From: a bacterium
GTDB lineage: Bacteria; RBG-13-61-14; DATKZS01
Direction: 5' to 3'
Assembly: GCA_963674965.2 (NCBI GenBank)
Contig: CAXXFL010000006.1
Location: forward strand, 736,001 to 800,000
Length of the DNA: 64,000 bases
The position numbers and the translations under genes are program-made. The notes below the pieces were generated by a model. The model saw only the letters and a program-made list of their open reading frames with translations. It was not told the DNA's origin and did no database searches. Numbering within the stretch: position 1 is the stretch's first letter; every line of letters starts with the position of its first letter. Positions 51,629 through 64,000 of the stretch are shown piece by piece.

Positions 51629-53212
51629 TCTATGAAAGCAAATTGTCAACCCTGGACGGTCTCATCCTCCAGTTGCCAAAGCTTTTTCTTCTTTCCGTCT
51701 ACCCTCCTTTACCCGAAAGAATCATGACCGGAGGACCGAGCGGGCGAGGGACGGAGGGCGGGATTGTTTCGGGTCAATCCCATGACGGAAAGATGAAAAA
51801 GCGCCCCCCGGTCCGTGCCTCCCTCCAACCATCTATTCGAGGTCAAGAGGTCGTAAGCCTCACGAATACGTTCGGTGTCCCGGCGTTGCTCCATACACAT
51901 AGAAGGCCTTCGCGGCCACGGGTTACCAAGGAGTCGCCGAAAACTATTTTGGAGTGACACGGATTCTCGCGCCTCCTGGCCCGCCCTCAAGCCGGCCAAG
52001 TCACGGACGCGACCTCAACGAGTCAAACGGCCTCCTTGATCTTCCAGTAATACTTCCTCGTCTTGACCTTGCTCGTGGGCGTCACGTTGAGCTTGCCCGC
52101 GTCGAATTCCTCGCCGTCCAACATCATTCTCCACATGACGCGGCAAAGCCGCTGGGCCACGCAGACCACCGCCTTCTTGTAACCCTGCCTCGCCGCCACC
52201 CGGGCGAAATACGGGTTGAGGGGGTGAGTGGGACGGCCCGCGTGATGGGCCGCCTCCACCAGCATCGAGCGGGCCTCCGAGGACCCGCGCTTGGTGATAC
52301 GGCCGTGGACCACCCGGTCGCCGCTGTCCCAACTGGACGGACAGAGTCCAAGGTAGCTTACCGCCTGGCCGCTCCGCTCGAACCGCCCGGCGTCGGCGAT
52401 AACGGAAAGAAAGGTCGCCGCCGTCACCGGACCCACGCCGGGGACGGTCTGGAGCAGGGGATAAGCATCGGCGAAATGGGCGCCCGCCTCCTTTTCGATT
52501 TTCTTGTTCAAGCGAGCGACTTCCTCCGAGACCTGACGCCAGGTCCGAAAGTGCATCCGCAAAAGGTCGCGCTGGAAGGAGTCCGGGCAGGACTCCAGCG
52601 CCCGCTTCCAGCCTGAGGCGGTGTTCAGGCGGAAAGACACTCGAACTCCCTCGCCCCGCAAAAGGGCCTTGGCCGAGTTGACCTGGGACGTCATTTGGCG
52701 GATGAAAAAACGGCGGCGGCCGAGCAGGGACCGCAGGCGGCGAACGGACCGGCCGGGCACGTAGACGCGGCTGACGTAAAGATCGCGGCGCAGACCGTCG
52801 CAAATCTCGAGGGCGTCGCGGCCGTCGCTCTTCTGGTTGGGGCGGAGCGACTTGGCCCGCACTTCGGCGGCGTTGATCACGTAAGGGTGAAACCCCAGCT
52901 CGGAGAGTTGCTCGCTGACCCAAAAGGACTGGGCCCCGCTCTCCAGGCCGGTCTTGATCCCGAGCTCGCCTCCGAGCCGGCCGAGAAGTTCCTCGAAGCC
53001 GGCGCGGTCGGTAGCCACGTCCCCCCGGGCGATTATTTTTCCGTCCTCCTCCTGGGCCACGAACACCGTCCTCCTTGAATGCACGTCCAATCCGAGATAA
53101 GTTGTCATTGGGCTGTACCTCCCTTCATTTATTTGGGGCCCTGCATTGCAACCCCTTGGTTTACGGTTATACCTCAAACCGTCTTGGAGGACAGCCCGCT
53201 TTCATGTTTACA
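51629..53212 (-). mobile_element. IS110-family (IS1111-type) element, copy 2, inserted in giant gene A
   Basis: Reverse complement of 5683-7266; all ORF translations are identical. Confidence 0.92.
52023..53108 (-). CDS. IS110-family DEDD recombinase/transposase
   Basis: Protein identical to 5787-6872. Confidence 0.95.
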   Translation of the reverse strand: MTTYLGLDVHSRRTVFVAQEEDGKIIARGDVATDRAGFEELLGRLGGELGIKTGLESGAQSFWVSEQLSELGFHPYVINAAEVRAKSLRPNQKSDGRDALEICDGLRRDLYVSRVYVPGRSVRRLRSLLGRRRFFIRQMTSQVNSAKALLRGEGVRVSFRLNTASGWKRALESCPDSFQRDLLRMHFRTWRQVSEEVARLNKKIEKEAGAHFADAYPLLQTVPGVGPVTAATFLSVIADAGRFERSGQAVSYLGLCPSSWDSGDRVVHGRITKRGSSEARSMLVEAAHHAGRPTHPLNPYFARVAARQGYKKAVVCVAQRLCRVMWRMMLDGEEFDAGKLNVTPTSKVKTRKYYWKIKEAV

Positions 53213-56200
53213 CATAGAATTGATATATAAAGCGCGCCCCGAGGTTGTTTCTATGGAATAGACCACGTGTGGCACGTCGAATGACGTGATTGGAACCTCA
53301 AATTCAAGAACGACTTGGTCCTCGGGCAGGATAAAAGGCAACTCCTGAATAACTCCATCATAGCTGATTACGGCGTTAAGTTCAGCGCCCGTGAATGAAC
53401 CAGTATTTATCACTTCCAAAGCCAGCTTCATATTCTCATCGATACAGTAAAGACGCGCGTCCTGACTGGCAAGAACGTTGACCTTGATACCGCGCACTCC
53501 AAAAGGAGAGAGTCCCTTCGAGGCAGTAGCATCGTCCCCTGAGAGATTATACTTTCCATAATAAGTATTTTCTTCGACGTCATCGGGGATCGTGAAAATG
53601 AAATCCATAGCAATACTATCTCCCGGACCCAACGAGACGTTTCTTGAGAACCTATCCTCGAGCGCCTCCAGTGAAAATTTCCCACTTCCTATTTGATCGC
53701 CGGCGTTATACACGGCGTACGTAAGGATGCCTTGTCCTCCTACCTCGAAGACGGTATAGCCGGGTAAGCTTGAAATAATAAGGTTGGGACCAGTTATCTC
53801 AAATGGATGTTGGTCCGTGTCGATTACTATCCCGGAAGAATCAAATAAATTAACGTCCGCAAGATAGATCCCTGGTGAAACCCCCTCCAGATTTATTAAA
53901 AAGTTTTCATTAGAACCAACCAACGGAATAGCCACTGATCTCGTCTCGCTCCAGAAGTCGGTCTTAACTTCAAGAATTCCATTAAATAATTTATCGCCAT
54001 GATTATATAAACTTACTTCCAGCGGATGGAATCCGTTTTCATGATCAAGCAGCACTGAGTCCATGGAAGCGGCAATCTCGGAGACAATTTCAAATTCAAC
54101 GACCGCGCTGGCCGTGGAACTGGACCAAAGGCCCGTTGCTACTATCCGGTAATAACCCGTTTCTAAGTACAATTCAATTGGAAACTCCCATAAGCTTCCG
54201 ATGTCTATGGACGGAGAAGTCGTAAATTGATCGATTATTATTGGATATTCCGGACTGTTAATACAAGAAATCGTGTATTGAGTGGGAAATGAGCCACTAA
54301 ACATGCCAATGTTACTAATGGCTGAAAAAACGCTAATCCATCCTTCGGGATAAACGGGGTCACCGTTCAACGCTATCGCTCCCTCCAATGGAACGACGGT
54401 GAAACTTAGCTCCCTTTCCACGTCTCTCGTCGAGTAGGAAAGAGTATAAAGGCCGGGCGAAAGATTGAATTCAAGAAGCCCCTCTTCAAGCCCGTCAGGA
54501 GCAAGGAAATAATCCACGGTCGTTGTATCGATGATTTCTCTTGAATCATTGGTTAGGACAAACGCTCCCTGGTCCAAGAGAGCAAAAGACCCCAAGTTGA
54601 GTATCTCGTACGGTATTTGCACTTCGCCCTCGGGATAGTATTGGTTTGCCTCGGCGTGGATATCCACTTTGATTCCATAATCGACCAGGGCGGAGTCTAC
54701 GCGCTCATAGTCTCCTCCATACTCGGCTTCGATTAAAACGTCTTGTGAGATTTGGTTCTCCTCAATCTCAACGTAAAACGCGTTCGCGTTCAGGCCAAGC
54801 GGCATCTGAGCGAGAATTTCTCCCTCGTCCGCGATCGACATTAATCTTACGTCATCCAGGAGCACGTCCGGCCAGGTTCCTTCTCCACCGTCCACGACCT
54901 CAATGGCAAGAGTAATAACCTCGCCTTGCCAGGCGCTCACGTCAATCAGGCAAAGGCTTACTGGCGAAACCAGGATTCCATCCTCAATACGAGCCGTTTT
55001 ATCAAGATTGTCGTAGGAGCAGACCACGTGCTCCTCGCCATCGACCTCCACGCCGATCCGTAACGTATCCTCAGCCATATCGGTGGGAACAGGGTTCCAT
55101 ACCTCGAACTGGTACAGAAGAGAAAGAGTATCGAAGCCGGGAGATACGTATATTTCGCGCGACATTGTGGCCGGGGCGCTCGTTTGCGTGTAAAGGACGG
55201 TTGATTGAATCCCGGAGCCAATGGAATAATCAATGACGACGGCGTCCGGCCCTTCATCGCCGCTCACGTCCCATCCAGTTGGAGGCTTATAAAGCTCGTT
55301 TTCCTCGAAATCGTCCACGGTCTCTCGCTCGAGAACGGCATATTGCCAAAGAGTAACGTTAAAGTCAGCCGGGACCGGGCCGGAGTTGCCGAGATTCAAC
55401 CTGACGTCAAAAGGCTCGTCGTCAACCACGTTGGGAGCCTCGATCCAACTGTAAACGTCCGGACTTTCCACGTTGAAAAGATTTCCGGCCGACGACACTT
55501 CCACGTTATACTGTTCGACCGTTGCTTCCAGTTGATATACTCCCGACTTCGAGGCCGGATAATCCCCCAGGTCGAAAGTCGCGGATTCATCGGGATCGAG
55601 TGAAAAAGGTCCTTCCTCGCCCTGGGCAACCGCGCCGCCGTCGGGATCGAGGACGAGCCATTTATATACCAGGCCGTCCATGGCGATAGTATCCGAGTTA
55701 AGGACGCTCCCTTCCAGGGAGAAAGGCTCATTTGTCTTGTACAGGAATTTATCGGACCCTATCTTGGCGACCAATGTCACGCCGGATATCTGGAACGGAT
55801 ATAGCTCCTGAGCGACGATCTGGCCAAAGGCGTTGGAAATAGTCCCGCGCCAGAAAAACGAGCCGGTCTCGCCGGTGGGGTACAACTCATCCGGATAAAT
55901 CTCACGATCCAGATTGAGGGTGTCTCCGGAGGCGGCGACCGGGAAAGTCGTTTCGCTCCAAAACACTTCCTCTACCATGCCAACGTCATCGACTATGGCC
56001 CCGGGAGGACCTGTATATACGTTCAGATAAGCGTCACCAAGATAATTCTCGGCGGCGATCATCTCCGCGCGGCCGTCGTTATTCAGGTCTCCGAAAACCA
56101 CGTCGGAGGCCCCGTACTGGTCCAATTGCCACTGGAACGCGCCCGTGACGCCGTCGATCACAAATAGCGTCCATCCGCCCGTGTTGTCCTGGAACACGAC

Positions 56201-59200
56201 CTCAAGATATCCATCGTCGTCAATGTCAATAAGAGTTGGAGCGCTATTGACTAGATACCATGGGTTCCACAAATAATCGATGTGAGGAGCGTCGTCGGGA
56301 GACCAGATCGGATTCCCCAGGGCGTCGAATTTAAGAAGCAGGATACCCCAATCGTCGTCCTCCACCATGGCGAAGACCTCGAGGTCCCCGTCACCATCCG
56401 CGTCGCCCACCGCCGGGGCCATGCCATACATGGAGTTAGTGAACCCGGAAAGGTTGGTGGCGCTGGTCCATTTGACCGATCCATTGGCTCCATTAAGAAC
56501 GATAATGCCGGCGTCGATAGTTACGCCGTAACCATAGAACGAGGATTGCTGAAAAATCACCTCGGGAGCGCCGTCGCCGTCAAGGTCCGCGATAACGGGC
56601 GCGTTCGTAACCGGTCCATGAGAGTAGATTTCCGGATCGGCGGGATCGACGCGAAGGTCGGGATAATAGCTCCAAAGGAAACCGCCGTCGTGATTGAACG
56701 CGTGAACGCCGCCCGTCCAAATGGTCGCCCCGCCATAAACGGTCTGCAAATCCCAGCCAACGACGATTTCGGGAAGCCCGTCTCCGTCGATATCCCCGAC
56801 CGCCGGGGAGGAACTGCCGCCCACGCTGGAGTCCCCGTCAAGAAGAGGGCCAAGGTAGGGATCGACGCCCACCCAAAGCCGATTTCCCTCGTGATCGAAA
56901 ACCATCGGTCCTTGTCCCGTATAATAGGGCGAGGTCCAATGGCTGGGGTAACCAGTCTCATATTCTCCGTATGGTTGTCCACCGCTTTGCAGTATTATCT
57001 CGAGCGTTCCCTCAGTATCGCCATCAAGATTATAAAGCGCCGGAGAACTCATAACGACGGATTCATCTTCAAAACCGATAAAGCGCGGCGTCAGTTCGCC
57101 GGAAGGTATTGGACCATCAAAAATATAAAAGCCGGAAAACGCTGGACTCGCGGAACCGACCACGATGTCCTTGTAAGAGTCTCCGTTTATATCAGCCACG
57201 GCGGGAGTGGAATAACTTGCCCAAATCGCGCCTATCGAGAGGACCATCGAGTCTCCGCCGTCTCCATTGCCGTTGAAAACAATAAGCGATCCTATATCGG
57301 AAAATGGAAGGCCAAATCCAGGATCATTGTATCCGGCGGCGACGATGACTTCATTTTTGCCGTCGCCGTCCAAGTCCTCGATAACCGGCGAAGAGTAAAG
57401 CTCCAGCATGTCAGCCCCAAGATCATGTCTCCAGGCAAACTCCACGTCCGAGGAGTAGGTCATCTTTGAACCAAGCGACGAGGAGCCAGTGTTGCCCGCG
57501 TCATGTCTGAAAGTCGGCCATTTGTCATTAGGTAAATCAACGTAGGAATATCTCAGTATTTGGAGGTTCAGGGCCTCGCCGTCCAAGCCTACGCCGCCGG
57601 AGGTGAGTAGACCGTCCCCCGTTATAGGCTCGTTGGCTGAATAGATTTCCTTGTTCGTCCAGACGTCCAGATCGGCCTCAACTCCGTGAACGGTAATATA
57701 CTCGAGCAGGCTTTTGTCCTCGTAACTGCGGTAATCGAAAGTATAGACACGAAGTTGATAAACGCCGGAAGACAACCCCGTCGGGACCGTGGCAATGGTG
57801 GCGGTTATAGTTTCTCCATGAGCCAAGTCCCCACCGAAGGGCCTGTGGTCAATAATAACGTTGCCCGAGGAATCCTCCAAAACGGCGCGAACTCCAAAAG
57901 AGGTGCCCACGCCCCCTACGTTTTCAAAAGTAACCTGTACCTCATCACCCGGCCAGTATTCGGAAACTTCCAAAGACGTTGTTATGTCAGAAGGCGGGAT
58001 ATAAAAATGCCGCGACGCGCCATGCAGAGGGACGTTCTGACCGTTTGGAAATACTAAGCCGGCCAGGATCGTGTATTCGCCGGGATCGATCCCCCCTCTT
58101 ACGGTAAACTCATAGGGTCCTTCCGTGTAGGTTGTGCCGGAATAAATTGTAACCGTTTCGCTTCCGACGTAGTCTCCCGGATCAACTCCTTGCGCTTCAA
58201 CCACCAGGGTCGGCGAAAGTTGTTCACTGAAATATAAGGCCTTATAATCTATTGAAAATGAAAGAGGATCTCGCTCGCGATATTCATCCTCCATCTCTAT
58301 TATTTCCATAGAGCCTTTAATAGGCTTAATCTCGCCGCTTCTCATCACGCCGGCGAAAGACGTGTCGCCTTCCAACGCGGCCACGAGTTCCACGTCGAAA
58401 TCGGCCGGGGCATATTCGGGGAGTACCGCGTGACACGAAAAAGCGTAGTCAGTTTCCTCGCCGGGAGTCAGCGATAGAACGTAATCTTGATCATCGCCGA
58501 ATGGGCCGCCCAGGGAGGAAGTCGCGTTGATGGTCTGTATAAAATCCCCACTGACGCCGAAATAAGAAGCGTAGGCGAAATCATCGTTAATTAGGACCTC
58601 CTGTTTGTAGTGGATTCCACGAGAGGCGTCGTTGGGATACTGGATGGCCGCGAAAAAATCGCTCCGCAGGGTCCAGTCCTTGATCGCCGCGCCATCAGTC
58701 ACGTCGGCGGTGAAACGCAGATTATGCGTTCCGCTGAGTCTCGTGGAACTAAGGGGCGGGCTTATGCCTTCCATGCGTGAGAGGTCGATCGTCTGTTTGC
58801 AATGATAATCGCGAGCGTCCACGGTGGTAATAGGAACCTGCGGGACGTTGGCGCTAACCACGACGTCATGAGTTTCGCCAACTGGAAGGAGACTGAAAGA
58901 AGAGGTGACGACGTCTACGGGATCGCCATTCGCGTCGAACCTTTCGTAAGTTACGGTCCCTCCAGGAATATCCAAGCGTGAGACATTGATAACTTTTATC
59001 ACGAAATCATAAGGAACCCCGATCATGATCGGTCCCGGTGGTTGGACTTCGATCGAAACGCGATATATGTCCACCACGAAACGAGTACTACGTGAACCCT
59101 TCTCTACGCCGTTTATGAACGTCTTTACCAGTGCCTTGTAGTATCCGGTGGGCGCCTGTGAGTCGAGAGGGATATAATAACTCTCCGTTCGAACGCCGCC

Positions 59201-62200
59201 GACGAAGATATCGACCACCCGCGTTTCAGTAAATATCACCTCACCGTCGGGCCGGGTTACCGTAAAGCTCACCTCAGCCGTGTCACCCAATTCACCGTCA
59301 TTGGAAAGAAGCGCCTCAACCAGCACGGTCTCGGAAGCGTGATAATTTTCGCGTTCCGCGGAGAGTCCCACGGGCTTGACGCTCCGATCCGTTAGGACCT
59401 TTCCCCAAATCGAGGTCGTTGTCAATGTGCCGTTGGGGAGCTTGATATGAGCCCAGAACCGATAGTTTTTAGGAATCAAGGAACTGTCTTTTTCCATCGT
59501 GATAGTGACCGATCCATGCGCCGGCGCCAGAACGTCAGAGGCCCAGTCGACTCCCGTCCAGGATGGCGTGTGATTTATGTCCCATTTCACATTGGGGATA
59601 ATAATGTCCTCGTCCGTGTCATTAGTGAAAGTCAATTGGAAATGGATTATCTCTCCTAATTCGTGACCATCGTCATCCTGAGTTAGATAGTAGTGTAGTC
59701 CCGGAACGGGTTGAATGATCTTCCAGTCCGATACCACGAATCGTCCATCCAGGCATTCCCGCTCCTCATGGATAACGTCGCCGTCGGCGTCCACCAGTTC
59801 GTAAGCAACGTGCCATATTCCCAGCTTCTCGGGAAGTTCGGGCAAAGACAATGAAACCATGGCCGTGTCCCCAGGTTCGATATAAACGGGCGGATAATCC
59901 TCGACGAGCGCCTCGGATCGATCCGGATCGAGGACCGTCACGTGGGCTGCGGCCGCGTCGGCGGGAGCGTCGGCTGGAAGCTCGAGGGTGAAATCGAAAT
60001 CGGGGTCCATGCCGCCAGGACTGTACTCGCGAAGTTCTGACGGCTTCAAGGCCCAGGTAATCATGTCGCGCGTGTAACGAAGCTCATTTTTACTGTACTG
60101 ACCCGTGGCGTAGGAATAGTCGGGGTACATGTCCGTCGCTATTACCGTCCCCTCGCCATAAGGATACACGATAACGGCGGGCTGGCCGTTGGATTTGCGA
60201 ATAAGGAGTTCCTCGGCGTCGGCGGGATAATTGACGAAGAAACCGTCTAGATGAGCGCCGGCGTACTGGCCGTTTTCGCTGGACAATATCGGATGAGGCA
60301 GATTGAGTTTCGCGCCCCCCCAGAAACAGGACGTGTCCTCACTATAGCCGTAGGCGACAATATCGCCGGGAAGAAGGTTGAATTCAGTACCGCTTTCCTG
60401 CGTGAAAACGATTAAGGCCCCGCCGCCGTTGACGTATTCCTCCAAGTCTTGTTTAAAGCTCTCGGAGTCACGATAATTTGTAAATCCCGCGCTTGGCACT
60501 ATCAAAACCGGCACGTCCAAGGCTAGCCCGGAATAAAAATCCAAGTCGGGCTCGATAAGGGTGACGGGGACCCCCAATTTACCCATCAAAGAAATGGCGT
60601 GAGTATAATAACCCGAGATCATAATACCGACCTTGGCCTCGGGATCGTAGGTCGGAACGCCGATATCGTACAAGTCGGAAACGATAAGGTTATCGTCCGG
60701 TGCTCGAGGCTCTCCCGGTCTGCCGCAGTTTTCCTGGCTTCTCGTTCTTTCGCAAAAGGACGAAGTGTCGCTCTCGATATTGCACTCCCATAGAACGCTG
60801 GGGCATCCTTCCCTGGACTCGGGACATGTAAACCTTCTTACTCCCTTGTGATCGAAGGTTGAAAAAGCGACCTCTTCTCCATCTATATAAGCGGCGCCAA
60901 CGACGTACTTCTCGTCGTCTTCATCGACCTGAAGTATGGCTTCCTCGGTCACCACGCCGCCCTCGGATTCGCGCCAGCCTATCTGGTCGGGGGTATCCGT
61001 TTTAAGATTGAACCCCATGGCGTACCAATCGCCGTAGTATTTATACTCCGCGTAAATGCTTCCGTCGCAATGGATGGAATATTCCGTGATTTTCGCGAAA
61101 AGGACGGGGACCGTCTTGGCCATAACCGTGAAACTTTTCTCGAAATCGTCTTCATCATTGTTCAACAACGGGTTGTCCCGACCGAATGCCCTCCAGTTCG
61201 TTATCTCATATGTCTGATCGCCTCCCTCGTTTCCGAGAATACCGCGTATGACCACGTTAATCGCGGCCTGCTCGAACTGGGAGTGTCCGCTTACTCTGAG
61301 TCTGAATTTACCGAGACTCGACCCGGGGTTTTTCGGCTTAATAAGCCTGGCCGTATAATGATTCAGCAGTCCTTCTCGCTCCCAGACGGGTTCACCGTCA
61401 TCCGCGATAACTTCTTCGATTTCAATGGCCTTGATCATGGCCTCGTTGCCAAGGTCGACTAGCGTGAAGGATATGGCGCCCTGCTTGAGCATATCGTCCA
61501 TCCTGTTCCCGAAATTCGTGTCAAATTTAACGCTCATCTCAACCAGAAGGTCCGACTCGGGGTCTTCCTCGTCGTCCTGCTCGACGTCCGTTATTTTTGC
61601 CCCGAGTTCGGCTCGATAATAATAACGAAGGAAGGATTTAATATAAGTGACAATTCTTGGCATGATAACCATCGAATGATCTTTATAGCAGGCATCATCC
61701 ATGGTATATGTAACAACCATCTCGTCAGAAGCGCCAAAAAGAGGCCTCATCTGTGATTTAACCACGTATTTTTGCATTGTGACTATTTCTTCAGAGAAGT
61801 GGTCGTGATAAGAAAATGAGCAGTATTCCTTATAATAATCATCGTCAATACGTACCATTGTGCATTCCGCGTCATTTGGCGGGCTTGGATTGTCATATTG
61901 GGTAAGCTCATTATTTTCCCAACTTATATATCTGTTCCAGTTAAGGTCTTTGAATTTCGCGCCATAGCTAATAAAATTATGATTGGTCCACTCTGCAAGT
62001 CCCGGTTTAGCTGAATTATAGCTGCCTTCGGTTGTTGAGTCCCAAAGGTCCGAATATTTATCGATATTGATTAATAACTTTTCATTCTCTTCGTAGCCTG
62101 AAAACTGATTATACCAGGCAAAGCCTTCCCTATATCCCTCAAATGGTTCGCCAAAAGGATTGGGGGGCCTTGCTTCTGGCGGAGCTGATGGGTATCCGGT

Positions 62201-63121
62201 GGTAAATGGCGTCATATGCCCAATGACCCAATCGTTGCGCACATGAGCGGGCACGCCGGCGTCTTCCAATAAATGTATATTCATGCCAAGAGCCAAAAAA
62301 TGCAGCGCCATATAACTTTCGCGTTTCTGTTTTGAGGAACAGCTATCGGGCTTGCCGTCGAAATCGCAATCTCCGGTAAGCGAAATATATAAATATTTTT
62401 TTGATTCCCATAGGTTTAATTTATTGTCCGGGAATATCGCCAATGTCGAGTCAAAAAAGAGGGAACGGGCAAGTGATGATTTTCCATATAAAAAGAAATG
62501 TTCACTAGACAGCGCTAATGTAAATCTATCTGCGACCAGAGTCCATATATATGAGTATGGATAATTATATAGTCCCGCGTCCCTTTGGGGAGCATTCTTG
62601 AACCAATCTTTAGTGGGATCATGAAAATGATGTTTAGCTCTTGAGAGTGGATGATCTTCAACAACCGACCCGGTATAAATCCATGCTCTTGGAGTGTTCC
62701 ACCAGGATTCGCCTTCACGATGTTCCCTGTATGGGGCCTCATCGCGTTGCACGCTGCAAGGCTGCATCCATGGGGGAATATTTTCATCAATTATTACCGG
62801 CTGGTAGGCGTCTCCGCTTGAAAGAGTGTTGATCCAGCAAAAAGTATTATTATAAGGATTAGGGAAAACGTCATTGTATACATCTTGCGACAGATACAGT
62901 TTCGTCTTATTCTGAGGATAAAGCCACGATCCCATATATTCCACGTTAAGTAAATCATCCTCATAGAAAGTCTTCATCGTGGAGATTTTAACATCGTGTA
63001 TTTCTTGCCTGGTGGCTTCATAAGTAATTCCCGAATGGGTTTTGCCCCCAAAGGACATCAATTTAATTGGAAATAATATCGCAATGATGGTGATGATTGT
63101 AAATAGCTTTGATCTTTGCAT
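53213..63121 (-). pseudogene. Giant secreted protein A, IS-interrupted: N-terminal Zn-dependent phospholipase C/P1-nuclease-like domain plus GATase-like, Ig-like and FG-GAP scaffold
   Basis: Signal peptide, then FGGKTHSGIT, GSVVED, HHFHDP, LGMNIHLLEDAGVPAHVRND, FEGY; the remainder is collinear with giant B. Confidence 0.85.
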
Positions 63122-63159
63122 AATTCAACTCCCTTTCGGATTGGCCGGGTCTTTTTGCA

Positions 63160-64000
63160 TCAACGATACAAGTAACTGTTCATTAGATCGTAGGCTTTCC
63201 GGTGATCCATATCATTGGCGACGTCGAGGGGAGTTTTTCCCTTATGGTCTTTTAAAGTCAGGCTGGGGACAGCCCCATGTTTCAATAATACTTCGCAATA
63301 CTCTTCACGTCCTTTAATCGCGCAAATATGCAAGGGCGTTAATCCTCCGCTAGCAACCGCGTTCGGGTCGGCCCCGGCTGCCAGCAAAAGTATCACGATA
63401 CTCCTATTCCCCCTCCCTATTGCCGCGTGGAGTGGGGTCGAGCCCGTTCTTTTGGGAATATTAGGGTCAGCTCCATGCTCCAAGAGGAGCTTCACAACCT
63501 CAGTCTTTTCGTTTAGAGTTGCCATATAAAGAGGGGTCCCCCAGTCTGTCATTGCATTTACATCGGCTCCTTTGTCAAGAAGCAGCTTTACTGTTTCGAC
63601 GTCACCAAACACTGCCGCGTTTAATAACGGTGTACTCCCGTCAGGACTGGCGTCATTGACGACTTCTGGATTTTTATCCAGATAATCGGAAAGATCGCCG
63701 ATATTCATCTTATTGATGTTCTCTTTTTTCGAGCAATCATGATCTTCAACGAAATCGTGGAAATCCTCCAGGGCCTTTTGGGCCTCGATAGCCGTCTTGC
63801 GGCTTTCAAGTTTTCCCTCGACGATCCTATTGACGCCCAGGAAAAATGGCGTTTCGTAATCGACCTTTTCCCACTGCCGACAAGGCGAGTCATCCGGCTT
63901 AAGTGGATAAAGGTGTATTGTCGAAGGCACGCTTGCAAGTTGTATTAAATCGTTTGGCGACTCTTCGTTTTCATTCAATTTGCCGATCGAGGAACTGACG
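63160..64000 (-). CDS. Ankyrin-repeat protein, 5' partial; candidate immunity partner for the phospholipase-like domain
   Basis: GSTPLLNAA, GTPLYMA, GSTPLHAA, GLTPLHIC, GKTPLDVA repeats; the frame stays open to the window edge. Confidence 0.9.
   Translation of the reverse strand, partial: VSSSIGKLNENEESPNDLIQLASVPSTIHLYPLKPDDSPCRQWEKVDYETPFFLGVNRIVEGKLESRKTAIEAQKALEDFHDFVEDHDCSKKENINKMNIGDLSDYLDKNPEVVNDASPDGSTPLLNAAVFGDVETVKLLLDKGADVNAMTDWGTPLYMATLNEKTEVVKLLLEHGADPNIPKRTGSTPLHAAIGRGNRSIVILLLAAGADPNAVASGGLTPLHICAIKGREEYCEVLLKHGAVPSLTLKDHKGKTPLDVANDMDHRKAYDLMNSYLYR

Overview
This bacterial accessory region holds two large minus-strand loci for exported proteins, plus insertion sequences. (1) 1-27775 is a polymorphic toxin locus in which the Rhs protein appears split across two genes. 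A secreted 1505-aa YD/RHS shell protein stops just before the Rhs-associated core. It is followed by a HEAT-repeat lipoprotein and a 3255-aa lipoprotein (beta-propeller-like region, long Asp-rich DxDGDG repeat stalk, the missing Rhs core, C-terminal toxin). Downstream lie the immunity gene and at least five orphan cassettes, each with a homology arm to the main gene; four show a different toxin tip and a downstream immunity candidate, and the fifth is cut by the window edge. Every cassette is preceded by a boxA-like motif, G(T/C/A)TCTTTGAAAA. (2) 28987-64000 encodes two paralogous giant secreted Ig-like/FG-GAP scaffold proteins. One carries an N-terminal Zn-dependent phospholipase C/P1-like domain and lies next to an ankyrin gene. 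Between the two giants is a three-unit tandem array (period about 3.67 kb) of a variable secreted protein plus a variable lipoprotein, flanked by constant arms. This second locus is decaying through IS insertions and deletions. Two apparently identical IS110-family (IS1111-type) elements sit in the same 11-bp target, CTATG^TGGGTT, and their non-coding right end contains sequence matching both halves of that target (bridge/seek RNA). There are also two IS3-family copies (one internally deleted) and a small excisionase/RHH/integrase remnant. All family assignments come from motif recognition by eye, not database searches.
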